A stretch of DNA of 64,000 nt, from assembly GCF_009914755.1 (NCBI RefSeq), contig NC_060925.1. One strand, written 5' to 3'. This stretch comes from the human T2T-CHM13v2.0 reference genome, Homo sapiens. Positions 12,763-25,648 of the stretch are shown piece by piece; the first letter of the stretch is position 1, and every line of letters starts with the position of its first letter. Under the pieces are notes generated by a model, which saw only the letters and a list, made by a program, of their open reading frames with translations, was not told where the DNA came from and ran no database searches. Made by a program: the position numbers and the translations under genes.

Positions 12763-13021
12763 TCACGTGACAGAGGTGGAAAGAGGATGACACATTAGGA
12801 AGACTGAGAAACTATCCCATTTGTGGCCACCTAGAAACCAGAAGTTACTAAGATCTAGCACTAATCAATTTCTTCTCAAAGTACCGATTTACCTTGTATT
12901 AACATGGCTTTCAAGATACTCTTTAGACTAGTGTTCCCCTCTTACTTTCTGAATGAAGACTATTTATGTTTTCACTTGAGGAGGTGACCCTGAGAGATTA
13001 GGGTATATAGTCATAAGTTAC

Positions 13022-14128
13022 TTTTTTAAATTATAGCTTTATAGAGATAAAATTCACTTACTATAACATTCACCAGTTTGTAGTATGCAGTTCAATGGGT
13101 TTTAATATACTCACAGCGTTGTGCAAACGTCTCCACTCTTTAATTGCTTTATTTCTTCAACCTTCTACAAACTAAGTATCTATTAATAGACATTTTCCTT
13201 TGCTTTCTTCTCCCAGAAACTGCCAATCTACTTTCTGTCTTTATAAATTTACCTACTCCAGACATACATTTTCTATAAGTGGAATAATATAATTGTGACT
13301 TTTGATTTTTTATTTTAATTTTGTGATTTTGTGACTGGGCTTTTGTGACTGGCTTCTTTCACTTAGCAAAATATTTTGAGGTTCATTCATATTATAGCTT
13401 GTATCAATACTTCATTCTTTTTATTGCCACATATATTCCATTCTATAAAGTTACCATATCTTTTTTTTCTACTTATCAGTTATAGCCGCTTTTAGGATGT
13501 CATTAATAATGTTGCTATGAACATTTATGTACAGGTTTTGTGTATATATGTGTCTTTAATTCTCTTGGGTATATACTTAGGCTTAAAAGTGTTGCATCAT
13601 ATGGTATGTCTATGTTTAATTGCCAAACTGTTTTCATAAGTGGCTGAATCATTTTACAATCCTACCAGAAATGTATGAGGGAAACAATTTCTCGACAGCC
13701 TTGTCAACACTTACTATTGTCCATCTTTTTTATTTTAGCGATGTCAGTGACTATGAAGTGTGTCTTGTGGTTTTGATTTGCATTTTTCTGTTGATTAATA
13801 ATGTTTAACATCTTTTCATGTGTTTATTAGCCATTTGTATATAATCTTTGGATGAATGCATATTCACATTCTTTGTTCATTTTTGAGTTGTTTGTCTTTT
13901 TTAATTGTTGAGTTGTAAGAGTGCTTTGTATATTCTGTAATATAAGTTCCTTATCAGATATATGATTTGCAAGCATTTTCTTCCATTTTATGTTTGTCTT
14001 TTCACTTCCTTGATGGTATCTTTTGAAGCATGAATTTTAATTTTGATGAAGCCCACTTTATTTATTTATTTATTTGTGTCACTTGTACTTTGGGTGACAG
14101 ATCTAAGGAATCAGAGCCTAATCCTTAG
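13022..14128 (-). mobile_element. Old L1M (L1MB-like) 3' fragment
   Basis: gagataaaattcacttactataacattcaccagtt...cagttcaatgggtttt...; ggcttctttcacttagca; ccttatcagatatatgatttgcaa. Confidence 0.85.
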
Positions 14129-14799
14129 AAGTTTCTCTCATGTCTTTAAAAACACATATACATAAAATAGGATGGTTTGCAATTTCTAAGCAGTTCTTGT
14201 CAGGCTTCAATGGCTTCCAGACAAAGTTTTGGCTGTGCTAGCAAAGAAGTGTTAAAATCTTATTTTCATAGCTAGCCGGTGGTGTGAGGAGGGCACAGCT
14301 GCTAGGCATTTGGACACTGCAGCAATTGCTTTAATTGGACATTCCTCACCCCTCTAGTCTGACTTGTTAATGGCTTTTTAAGTGAGACACACCAGCCAAG
14401 TGAATTAGACTATTTGGCAAGTCAATTCCTGCTCACTTGGAAGCGTTAATCCATGGAAAGTAAGCAGAGGCCTTCAGCCAGGAGGAAACCTGAATTTCAT
14501 TTGCAGAGGTGAAAGAGAAAGAACTATTGTCTGCAGTCTCAGGAGTTTCCAAGTACACTTCCAAGGGCTGACTGGAAGAAAGGTCTTCTTATCTAACTGG
14601 CTCTCTCTCTCTCTCAACCCCACTTTTTCAATTCAGCACATATTTATTTTTCCCTTCAACATGGCTATGAAGCATACAAGTGAGGTCTGTCGTGGTGCCT
14701 GCCCTGTGAAGCATCTATGCATGAGAAACAGGAGAAAAATACACATACAAATAATTAGCAATAATTTGCTAATAATGTAATCTATTTTCTGTTCACTCC

Positions 14800-15872
14800 T
14801 TGACTTAGCATATTCTGACTTCAGTCAACCACTCTACTTAAATTGTTCTCTTAAAAAACAATGACACTCACCAGTAACCTCTTAGGTATCAAACTTGATG
14901 ATTTTCAAAATCTGCATTTGTAGCTTCGACCTTTCTTCTGGGTTTCATCCTGAATTTCCCCGGCCTGTCACACATCTTTACATAGAAATCCCAGCAGCAC
15001 ATCTTTCACACATTGAAAGTCAAACTTCTCCTACCCTTTTTTTTTATCGCCTTTTCCACCTTCAACAATGTATTCTCCTCCTCTGATCATGGCTAAACAA
15101 CTACTTTAATTAGCAAATTCTCCCATTATCACCCGCATGTCACTAGTTTTAGTCCATTTACGTGACTTCCTTTCTATTCCCACTCCTTCGTGTAAACTTT
15201 CTCTTTCCTAAATAATACAAGTTAAGGCCTCTTCCACACCCAACTTCTCTAATCCTTTGTCTACATTTTGGCTAGAATCATTTTTCAAAACCACAAACTT
15301 TATCCTGCCAGTTCTTTTTTCACACATCTTCAGTTATTCTTCAGTGCCTGGAGAATAAGGTCGAAATCTTTGAGCTGCTTTTGTAGACCTGCTCATTCTT
15401 GCCTCAACCTCTCTTTCTAGCCTTGTCTCACATAGCACTAAACCCTTCACTGTTCTCTCCTCACATCATGGTCATCTGTACATCCACTCTCTTTCCTCTC
15501 CCTGAAATACCCTTTCTTTTGACTGTTTGGTAAACTCTTAGTCATTCTATAAGTTCCCCAATCCAAAGTGAACTTGGAAAGTCTTCCTTGAGATCCACGG
15601 CAACTTGCGTAGACTTCTGTTATGATTCTTATCATACTTCTTTGTGCACAAATTTTTCTCTTGCTCCAATCCCTTACTCTTGTCTCCTCTGATGCATTTT
15701 TCAATCTCTTGCTCTTGTTTATTCCTTTCTCAAACTCTCTCTACACCATACCTCCATCTATAAACCGTTCTGCTCCTAGATAAGCAGGGACTGTCCTGCC
15801 TGTGCACCTTGCTTAGTGCCTCACTCAGAAGATACGCTCCTTAAAGGGCCTAAGGAAGGAATTTGCTGAACT
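14800..15872 (+). mobile_element. Highly diverged L2 fragment
   Basis: L2 3' region signatures (ctagaatcatttttcaaaaccacaaac; cagtgcctggagaataagg; gcagggactgtc...cttagtgcc...atttgctgaac). Confidence 0.6.
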
Positions 15873-16149
15873 AATTATGATTAAAACTATGATTAAATCT
15901 CACCCATCTAAAGGCAAACATGCTCAGGTTTCAAATTAGTCTGAAGTGTGGTTTAAGGGGCTTTTTAAATGTGACAGTTTTTGTTGTTGTTGTTGATAGA
16001 TGGTGGGGAGCGTTGGTATGGTGGGAAAAAAACCAGAAAAACCAAATGTGAGGAATTTAGTGATGCAGAATTGCTGATGGAGGGCCAGAGGCCATCCCTG
16101 GAGTGGCTCATCTGACCCTGTATACGATGTTCGTTTGGATGGGTGGCTG

Positions 16150-16390
16150 TATTGTAATAGTCACTTGGACACTGGCTTTAGAAGTCAGAAGAGATTTGAC
16201 TCAAGGCTTTTATAATATGTCTCGTTCATGGTCATCTGCCTAACTTATCTGAACTTCAGAATCTACTACTGTTATATAAATGACCTCCCCCCAACCTTGA
16301 GGGTTTTGTGGGAATAAATAGGATAATGCTTATGTTGTGTTTAGTCAAGTTCTTTCATGTGGCAAGCACTTACCAAGTGGGAGCTATTTC
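16150..16390 (+). mobile_element. MIR
   Basis: actggctttagaagtcaga...gagggttttgtgggaataaataggataatg...ggcaagcacttaccaag. Confidence 0.6.
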
Positions 16391-18674
16391 ATGTTTACGT
16401 TTAAAAAAGTGTGTATCTGTTATCTAACCAGCCTGGGAAAATACAGATGATATTTCTATTATATTTTACCAGTTCCCTTGAGGATGGCCCCCCCTTTTTT
16501 TTTTAAATTTCTTGGGCTGGGGACCAAGCTCTCATTCCTGAATGCTATGAGTACTGAGAGAGATGTGCTGTCAAAGCCAATGAACGGCAGTTGTACACAC
16601 TGACATTTTTTCAGAATTTGTCCTTGGGGGTATTTAAGCAGCAATGTCCAAGACTGTAAACACAGCTGAGAAATGCTGTTATTACATTTAAGAATCTCTT
16701 TTCTGTAATATTAAGACATCTTGATTTAATTGGTAAGCCGCTCTGTGATAGCATTCAATTTAAATGAGGTTTGTCGAGTGGAGAATCATAAGGCAATCTC
16801 TCATGGACCAAGGATTGCTGATGAGGTCTACCTTATTGCCATGTGTCAGAAATTAAATCACTGTCTATTATCATGAACCAGTCAATCAGATTCTCTTTTT
16901 GATTAGAATGCACTAGTGGGGGAGGTAGAGAAGTGAGAATTTAAAAGAATTTTACCACTTCCATATTGTGTTGCTTACTTCATGGTATTAGAAATGCTGT
17001 TGGCTCACTATACTAGAATATTATCAACCAGTATTTTCATAGGAAACAAAAATATAGACATACACACATATATACACTAAAAGAATGGAAATCTGAAGGA
17101 AATAGAGAGGAAAATATAATTTTGTCTTTAAAAAATCCCAGAAGCCCTTAGACTCCCATGATTAGGATTATATTCAACTTATACATTCTTCTGTGTCATT
17201 CTTCCTTCAGTAAATTAGGAACAACTAATATGCTCTGCCTCCTTTCTGAATAAGGAAGTATAAATGGATGTTACTGAATTCCCTCAAGTCCTGGGCAAAT
17301 ACACTATCACAATGTCTTTGGTTTGCATGAAGATGGAGGCGCTCATTTATAATGTGAAGCCTTTCACCGTTAAAGCTTCACGTGAACCCGAACTGACACA
17401 GAATCAAAGCTTTCATGAGAGCAAGATGGAAAGAGATTATGTCAACACACCCCATCCCAAAATGTTGTAAAGTGCCAGACTTCTTAGGGTATTCCATGAC
17501 ACTGCTAGAATGTTTCTCATATTCAGTCACGTAGATCATTCTTTTACTATTTGTTTTCTTTTAGATGAGTTCAATTGGAGCCTGCCCGCTATGGAAAATT
17601 ATTGATGCAATTACATTAATCCTGATCACCATGGTGATGTATAGTTATAAAATTGGCTTAAAATACTGTAAGGCAGGAAAACTAGGCAACCTTAACTCTT
17701 TTAGCACAGGTGGCCCTCTTTGCAGAGCATTCTGACTTTCTTAGTTTCCAATATTCTAGCAGATGGCATGGGTAGTTGGGCACAATCAATTTTCTTGCAT
17801 TGCCTCACATCTTCCAGTGAGATTTTGCAGAAGAATGGTGTGTGCACCACAGATCTTGGGATCATTCAAAGGATTCTCAAAGCTCCTCAATGGCCAATCA
17901 GCAGTGAAGAGGGAAATGGTGGTAAATGAGGTAGAAGCCCTCTGTGAATGAAGTAATGTTCTGGAAGGGGCTATGCATTTGGATTTTCATTCTGGTAATT
18001 TTCTCTATGACCTTGGAAAATGACTTTATTTCTTCGCTTTTGCAGATGGAAGGAATTATAAAAATGGTTCTGTGAAACCTTGAAACCATAAAATGCTATA
18101 CAGATGCTAAATATACAGAATTTAGCACGCGATTTTCCTCTGTTCTTAGGACAGTTACTATTTCTAGATCCAAGTGGATCAGGGAAGAATAGTGCTCTAA
18201 TGCTCTGAGAAGGAAACGAGTGTTAAGCTGGATACTGGTGTGCTTAGCTGCAATTAAGGAAGCTGCTGTGGAATTAGTGACTCACCCTTCATCAGGATGG
18301 AAAAACTGTCTCATGCCGTGTTTTTGATTTCTCTCCCCTATTCAGTTTGTTTGAAGTCTCTTTTGTGATAGGAGAAAATGACAATTACTCTCCTCTTGTG
18401 TTTCCATTTTTGGTAAGCAGTGGGCAGAGTTTACATTGGATGAAATTTCAAAAGCTGTTTTTATGAAAAATCACTTCCTCTGAACAATGGGAAAATGGTG
18501 AGAGAGAGACGATAGTTGGCTTTTAGTCTACCAGGTTCAACCTCCTGCAAAAGCTGAATTCAAGACTGCCCTATAGGCATTGGGAATCTAGTTAATGCCA
18601 CTATCTGCCTGTGAATTTCCTGCCTTAAACTGTCTCGGATTATACATTAAGCTGGGTTTTTTTCCCCTATAATG

Positions 18675-19118
18675 TGTCAGAAAACAAAAATTCAACAAAC
18701 TGAGCTTACAGATCTAATTGGCTTTTATTAGTGATTCATGAATCCGTTCGCATCCCATCTGTGAAGCAACAAGGGCCTCTTCAGGGTGTGGCAGAAGAGT
18801 GGTTTTCATAAGGCAACTTGAACAGGAACAATGAAACAGCAAGTGCAAAAAATGATTGGTTAACATCATATTACTTCAGGTTACTTTCCTTGTATAGGCT
18901 AAAGCACAGGAGGCTTCCTTATCATCCTGGTTCAGCTAGCCTTCTGCGTGGTTTCTGCAAATCTCTCTCTCTCTTTTTTTTTTTTTAAACTGGCCCATTT
19001 GTAAGTTCAGTTTGATTATGTGGCACCTAGCACAAGTGACACCATTCTGGTTTGGTCTGGTCTGTTAGAGCCAGGAGCCTAGTCCAAAACATTGGCATCC
19101 CATAAATTTTATTCAATG
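18675..19118 (-). mobile_element. MER31-like ERV1 solo LTR
   Basis: The minus-strand start ...aataaaatttatgggatgccaatgttttggact...aacagaccagaccaaaccagaatgg matches the recalled MER31 5' end. 4-bp TSD AATG at 18671-18674 and 19119-19122. Confidence 0.8.
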
Positions 19119-19448
19119 AATGTTTCCTATACCCCTGTGTCAATTTCATCTCCTACATGAATCCATCCCCCTCCCTTTCCCTGGCCCCTTATACTAACTG
19201 AGTTGTTTGCGCTTGGGAGGAATACAAAGTATTTTCAATACATGGCTAGCATGAACAAATTATAGTTAAATGATACATTTTGTAGAAAAAGCAATGCACA
19301 CTGAGGTCATTTGCCTGCAGATGTTAAATTATCTGCTTTTTTGTGTTACTATATATGCTGTAGCACTTATCCACTGGTGTAAATAAGAAAGTCAATTGAA
19401 CTCTCTCTGTCTGGAGAGAGATAAAATGAGATTGAGAATAAAGTCTTG

Positions 19449-19655
19449 CAGAGGTTGCAGATGGCCCTGTAAGGCTGAATTCAGCCCTTGCGTATATTTT
19501 GTTCAGTTGGTACAAAGTTAAATTTAAATGCAGTTAAGTGGCTTTCAAATGCACTTTGCTACAGTCCCCACTGCTCCTTAGTGTCTTATGCCCTATATGT
19601 TTCACTACTTTGTTGCCTACGTAGTTTCTGAATGAACTTGAACTTGCAACCCCTC
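19449..19655 (+). mobile_element. MER102-like hAT-Charlie element
   Basis: TIR-like ends cagaggttgca...aacttgcaacccct; internal ggctgaattcagccc and acagtccccactgctcc. Confidence 0.6.
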
Positions 19656-19955
19656 GTTTAAAAACTTGTTCCTGTTATGAAACTGTGGGTGCTTATGCTA
19701 AGGACTTAATCTTTCTCTCTTGCGTGGGAGGAAAGGATATCTATAACAGAACAATAATTGTAAACTAGAAGAGTAGAAAAAAGGATGAAAGAAAAGGGCA
19801 ATATAAAAGGCAGGAAAAGTAGGGGTATAAGAAAATAAAATAAAGATCAAATACATTTATTACTATGAGAGCTTCTATGCGGGAAAAGGAAAAACAAAGT
19901 ATAATAATACAAGGCAACCACATAATTAAATAATTTTTTCAAAAGACTGTCAGTG

Positions 19956-19958
<3 letters not shown>

Positions 19959-19992
<34 letters not shown>
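19959..19992. repeat. (AC)17 microsatellite
   Basis: Perfect dinucleotide run. Confidence 0.97.
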
Positions 19993-19995
<3 letters not shown>

Positions 19996-21284
19996 TAGGA
20001 AAAGCTACAAAAGAGCCCCAAGTCTAACTTGGCAAAATTGAAAGTATGTGATAGTTTTAAAATAAAAATTAAAATACTTTAAACTAGTTTAAAAATATAT
20101 CTCTACTTCATGTACATCTGCACTGTTTGACATGTTATAAGAAGTGCTAAATTATCTTAATAATTTAAGAAGAAAAGAAAAGTAATGGTCTTCCTTCTCT
20201 CTCTCCAATTCTAATTCCTTGGAATAGTCGTTTCTAAATAGATTGCAGATATGTTCACTTTTCAACATTGCTTATATAAGAGAAGGCAAGGTATTTAGAA
20301 TTTTTCTTGATCATAACAAAAAGACACTGAAACTCAGAGGCAGCAAGAGGCCCCATTATGGGGGCAAAGAGTAGCAGTGGAAATGAAAGTGAGTTCCTGA
20401 ACAAGTTGCTTCCAACAGGGTAGGTGTATTTTGAAGTGGCGTTGTAAGTGGCACCCTACTGCTTCCATGAGTTTAAATTGTATCAACTGAATATAAAGTA
20501 TAAGCCAATTTTAAAATGAGAATTTGTAGAATTCATGTGATTAGATTAGAGGTTTTTAAAAAGTAATATTTGAATTTTGCCAGGGGGGTGGGGTGGGGTA
20601 TGTATTATGTGTTCACGGGATGACAGCAGATATCTTCAAGGAAGTGGTTTGGAGTACATTAAGTTCTGAACACATAAAATGACTTTTTTTTTTTTTCCTT
20701 TTTGGTCTTCAGGAGACTTGAGAAAACAAGTGCTGTGTAAGTTATAAACAGGATGAATGGAATAGTGATTTCACAGGAGTTAGAAAAATACTCCAGTCAC
20801 AAAAGTTAAAATTAGAGTAATCTGAGGCATTCTCAGTACTTTGGATACCCTGTCCACATTCAGGGCTACTGATTATATTTCCAAAGAAACTTATAAAACC
20901 AGATGTCTAGCTGGCAATTGGTTTTGATGAATCTCCAAATCTCAGCAATGAGAAAATTTGACAGTTGTCAGACAGCAGCTAGCTATTACGAGTGAGCCAG
21001 GGAATTTTCTTATCTGTTACAAGTATAGAACCATTACAGGGAGATACTGCATCATAGTGTCATGTTTATAAAGAAGGCTTCAGAGCACATGGTTTAATCC
21101 CCAAATTTCTAAGAATGACAGTTCATTTTCTTGGATGTTGAAAGGTGCTTTAATACCTATACAACATGAAGATGGTTTTATTATCACCAATCAAAATGTC
21201 TTGGTATTTCTTAATTTAAACAAATTCATTTTATAGGAATTACATTGCTGAGAATTCACACCATGACACTGACGGGACTTATAA

Positions 21285-21472
21285 TAGTGGTTCTAAAGCC
21301 TGCATGTGCGTCAGAATAATTTGGGGATTTGAGGTGACTTGTTAAATGTACAGTCACTGGGTAGCCCCCTGTAAGATTCTGATTTAGTACATTTGGGGTG
21401 GAATCCAGGCATCTACATTTTTAAAAAGCACCATGGCCAATTCTGAATCATGGTCGGGTTTGAAAAGCACTA
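21285..21472. mobile_element. MER5B/MER5A hAT-Charlie MITE
   Basis: tagtggttct...tcagaat...gattctgatttagtac...ttttaaaaagcacc...tttgaaaagcacta. Confidence 0.72.
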
Positions 21473-22581
21473 AGTTTGGGCAGGCCTGATTTATTTCAAA
21501 GAATTTTCAAGCATATTTAGTTGTGCCGTTCAGTAATAGTAGCTTCTCTTATTACTGTGTGTATCCCAGTAAATCTCTTCCCCATTTACTCTTTCATCGC
21601 CCCACTTTGGGTTCTTCTGCTCTGCCGCCATCTATTTGGCCTGTACCCACTGTTCACTAATGAAAGCCCGTAGCTTCTAAAATGGGCCAAGATTCACAGT
21701 TGATATAAGCTGAGAAAGACTGACAAGTTATTCTGCCGAATGATACTGGAAAAAAGAATAGGATAGAGGGCTAATGATGTTATTTTATTTTTGTCCGGTA
21801 TCTTTACACCCTTAGTTGCTTTTTCATTTGTCAAATGGAATCTCATGTGGAATCTCGCTCTATAAAGCAGATGAAAAAATGTGGACCCAGTCTGGCTGCC
21901 AGTCCTGCCCACTTGGTTTCCCTCTGACTCAGACACTGGTATCCCAGGCCCCTTTGTCTCATGTGCCCCTGAAAACTGCTGTGACATTTAAGCTTTTGTG
22001 TCTCACATAAAGGCAATAAGCATATTGCAAGGTTTTCTTTTCTTCAGGTTTCAATACTCTAACAGATATGTTCTCAAAGTAGAATTAGTCCTTGGTTAAA
22101 ATGAGTCACATGTAATCTAAAGTGTTTTTCCTCATAAACCCATCTCCAGCTTTTATGGTGAAATTCAATTGTAAAATAAGATGAGGTGTTAAGTTTAATT
22201 TTTTTGAAGAAGACGTTCATTCCATAAATATTTATCAAGCACTCTCTAGTTATGACATAATTCAGTTTCTAACGTACAGTACACCTCTTACAAAATTGCA
22301 TAATCTTTAAACTGAAAGGCCAAATATCTTCATCAAATACTGCTTCTTCAGATCTTTGCTTCCTCAGCTCTTTAAAGAAATGGGCACCTTTGGCATGGAT
22401 GGGTTTATATCCAGATGATAATTCCAGAGCCATCAGGGTTTCAGTTTTTGCTGGCAAAGAAATCAATTTTATTGCTACTCGAAGGCTCCCCTGGGATGAA
22501 GCAATATTGGAGGAGGCAATGCATTCTAGAATGTCAACTTTCAGAGGTTTGGAGTTTGCTCAAAAAATAAATGATCTCTGA

Positions 22582-22850
22582 CTTGATTAAACTTCTTTTG
22601 AGTTCCTACTATATATAAGGGCCTGTGGAAGGGCTGGGTACCCCGGCATTGTAAGATGTGACTGCAGCCCTCAAGGGGTTTGCAGTCTAGCTGGAAAGAA
22701 GGATCTGGCAATAAGAAAGCACAGTGAGCCCAAATGAAGTGTTCAGATTCCACATACTACATACAGAATGCATCATGTAATTGAAGAAATAGAAATCACC
22801 AGGTTACATGGCAGACCTAAAAAAATTCAGCAAGTCTTTTTGAATGTACT
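22582..22850 (-). mobile_element. L2 3' fragment
   Basis: ttttgagttcctactat...gccctcaaggggtttgcagtctagctgg. Confidence 0.55.
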
Positions 22851-23261
22851 TGTGACTGTCAACATTTACATTGTCCAAAATTTTCTTGTCAGGTGAGGGC
22901 ATCAAAGAACTCTTAAATGCTTTCAAATGTGGTGGGAGCATCTTGCTTCTGTGAGAAGATTTATATTCTCCCTACCTTCTCAATTCTGTTTCCCTATCTT
23001 ATATGCTATAAACAAAACCTCGCTCACGAAAATAAAAGATGAATGCATGTTCTGAAAGAATACAGAATCATGACAGCTGAAATGGTCATGGTTTCTTTTA
23101 GGAGATGAAAAAATTAAATACACAGGTGAAAACATTAGAATGCAATTCTCTAGGTTACCATATGCTTACAAAAAATCAAAAGGAGCTGCAGAAATGGAAA
23201 TTTCTAATGACAGAAGAAATCAAACAGCAGATACAGTAGAGACTTTAGAGATAAATGGGTG

Positions 23262-23460
23262 TCAATAGTGGTAAGAACACAGGTTCAGAGGAGATCCAAT
23301 GTTCCATCTAAATCCTGGTTCTGTCACTGAGTGGGAATGATTACTTGATCTTTCTGTGTCCTCGTTTCATGTGACAATATCTATCACATGCAGTGTTGGG
23401 TAAAACACTTAGCATAATGCCTGGCACCCAGTCAATGTGCAATAAATGTTGGCTATTATC
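23262..23460 (+). mobile_element. MIR followed by (ATC)n-like run
   Basis: tagtggtaagaacacagg...aatcctggttctgtcact...cttagcataatgcctggcacccagt...aataaatgttggctattat. Confidence 0.75.
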
Positions 23461-24375
23461 ATCATCACCACCTCCATCATCATCATTCTCTAATAAAAGT
23501 TAAGCCCTTCTCTCTGTTGAATACGCCCATCAGTTAATACCAGTGGCTCCTTTTAAATAGCTTAAAAGCAACCAACATTCTATAGATTTCAGTGGGGAAG
23601 ATTGTAAGTGAAATGGGTGTTGTGACCTTTCTTGAAAATAACCCTTCTCTCTATTAGTATATAAATGCTAGTGCTGAGTACACATACTCTGAAGTTGAAC
23701 TTAATTAATTTGGGGCAGTAGCATTTTCACTGTTGATGAGCTTGTATTTATTTTCTTTGGTTTACAAAGCAGCTGGTGTTGTCCAAAAATTTAGAAACCC
23801 CTTTCCAAAATTTAAATGACCCCCTTCATTCCCTTCATTTACACTGTTGTTCTAGAACCTGGGATGACACTCTGCAGGGTGAATGGAGACTGGTCCCTCT
23901 GTCTTCTTTTCCATCTCTCTTGCTTTAGTTTTGCTTTCTTCTTCTTCTTTTTCTTTTTCTTTTTCTGACTGAAGCATGGAATAACTGGCTGGTGTTCATT
24001 GAGCTAATTTCCTTACCTGCTTCAGGGCCTTTGAACCCAAAGACCTGTAGGTGATCTGTGACTATGGCAAGCAGGAAGCCTTGGGGACCACTCTTCACAT
24101 TTGGAGTAATCCTGGTTTGAAAATGTGTGAGGGAAGCCAGGCAGGCAGAGAGCACTATGTGGCTGCTGAGTTAGAAAATGCTGAAATGGAAAGATGCTGG
24201 AATAGAAAATCAAATGCCATTTATTCATTGGCCTACACTTTCACTAGTACCTTCCTGGCAGCCTTAAGCGTATTCTTTGTGGTGGTGGCCTTTTGAATGT
24301 CAATCTGTGGAAGGACTTCTGTTTTTAGCAAAGGCTGATCTTTAAGGCAATTAGGTAACAGTTAAAGTAATAGTC

Positions 24376-24612
24376 CCCAGTTATTGAACACTTGCTATGT
24401 ACAGGGTACTGTGCTCAGCACTTTCCACTATTTCATTCAATCACAACAACAGCCCTATGAGATAGGGTATTATTATCATCAGTTTGTAGTTGAGGAAATT
24501 GAGGTTAAGGGATAAGTGACTTCCCCAAGGTCACAGGAAGTAAGTCGTGGAGATGAGATATGAACCTAGCCTTTCTGATTTCAAAGCTTGTGCTGTTAAC
24601 CACTTTGCTATA
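24376..24612 (-). mobile_element. Near-complete MIR
   Basis: ttattgaacacttgctatgt...cacaacaacagccctatgagataggg...tgaggaaattgagg...aagtgacttccccaaggtcaca...ttaaccactttgc. Confidence 0.85.
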
Positions 24613-24864
24613 CTTCCTCATGTGTGTTTAATAGGGTCCAGTTTCTACTGAAAGGATATTTTAATTTTGTGATAAAACAGGACAGGCCTAAAAAATTAGG
24701 TGCAGACTCTGAATAAATTTAATATATCTACCCATCTCTCTTATTCCTCTTAAGCTCACTTTAAAAAATCTCTTTTTAAAAGGAGGTTTTCTTTTTAAAC
24801 CTAACAATAAACCAAGGACATCCGTCCAAGTTAATAAATATGTGCCTTTTTTAAAAAATAGAAA

Positions 24865-24922
24865 AAAGTCTAATTGACAAGTAAAAATTGTATATATTTA
24901 TAGTGTACAATGTGAGGTTTTG

Positions 24923-24970
<48 letters not shown>

Positions 24971-25150
24971 TGAAATGGCCAAATCAAGCTTATTAACATA
25001 TTATTAACTCAGGAGTTTATTCTTTATATTATATTCTTAAAATCTAATTGCTTTGCTATTTTTAAGTATATAGTGTTATTATTAACTATTATCTTCATGA
25101 TGCACAGTAGGCCACTTGAATGTGTTCTTCCTATCCAAATGAAGTTTAGC
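24865..25150 (-). mobile_element. L1MA-type 3' end fragment containing a CA repeat
   Basis: taattgacaagtaaaaattgtatatatttatagtgtacaa...gtgaaatggccaaatcaagct...attaactattatcttcatg. Confidence 0.75.
24925..24966. repeat. (AC)21 microsatellite
   Basis: Perfect dinucleotide run. Confidence 0.97.
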
Positions 25151-25449
25151 CCCCCTCCCCACTTTAAGTATCTGTCTTTTAATGGCTACATAATATAGTT
25201 TGGATACATTATATTCAATTAGCCTTTTGTTGATTTGGATATGCCATAATCTACTCAAGCATTCCTTTATTGATGGGCTTTCAAGTTACTTCCAGTTTGT
25301 TGTCAGTTAAGTAAATTGTTTACTTGAAAGCTTCCATTGTCTGGGTCTCTACCACTACGGGACCCATTTTGAGTGTTGGTGATGCTCACACAACAAGGAG
25401 ACACAAGCCCGGAGTTGAGCTCCTAGGTGAGAGAGCCATCCAGTAGCCA

Positions 25450-25648
25450 TTCTGGTCCAAGTCCTGTCCCTACCACTTACCTGCCACGTGCCTCTGCACA
25501 AGCCATCTGGCCTCTTTTAAGTCTCAGTTTCTTCATAAGAAAAATGAGAAAAACAGTGCTGCTCTCAAAGAATGACCATGAGGACAAACAGAATAATGTG
25601 CATGCAGGGCTGAGCACAGAACCTGGCATGAAGCAGGTGCCAAACAGC
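25450..25648 (+). mobile_element. MIR
   Basis: ctaccacttac...tctcagtttcttcataagaaaaatg...gagcacagaacctggcatgaagcaggtgc. Confidence 0.7.

Noticed and set aside
20582-20598. G-rich run ggggggtggggtgggg as a G-quadruplex
   Set aside because: Only three separate G-tracts, so not a canonical intramolecular G4.
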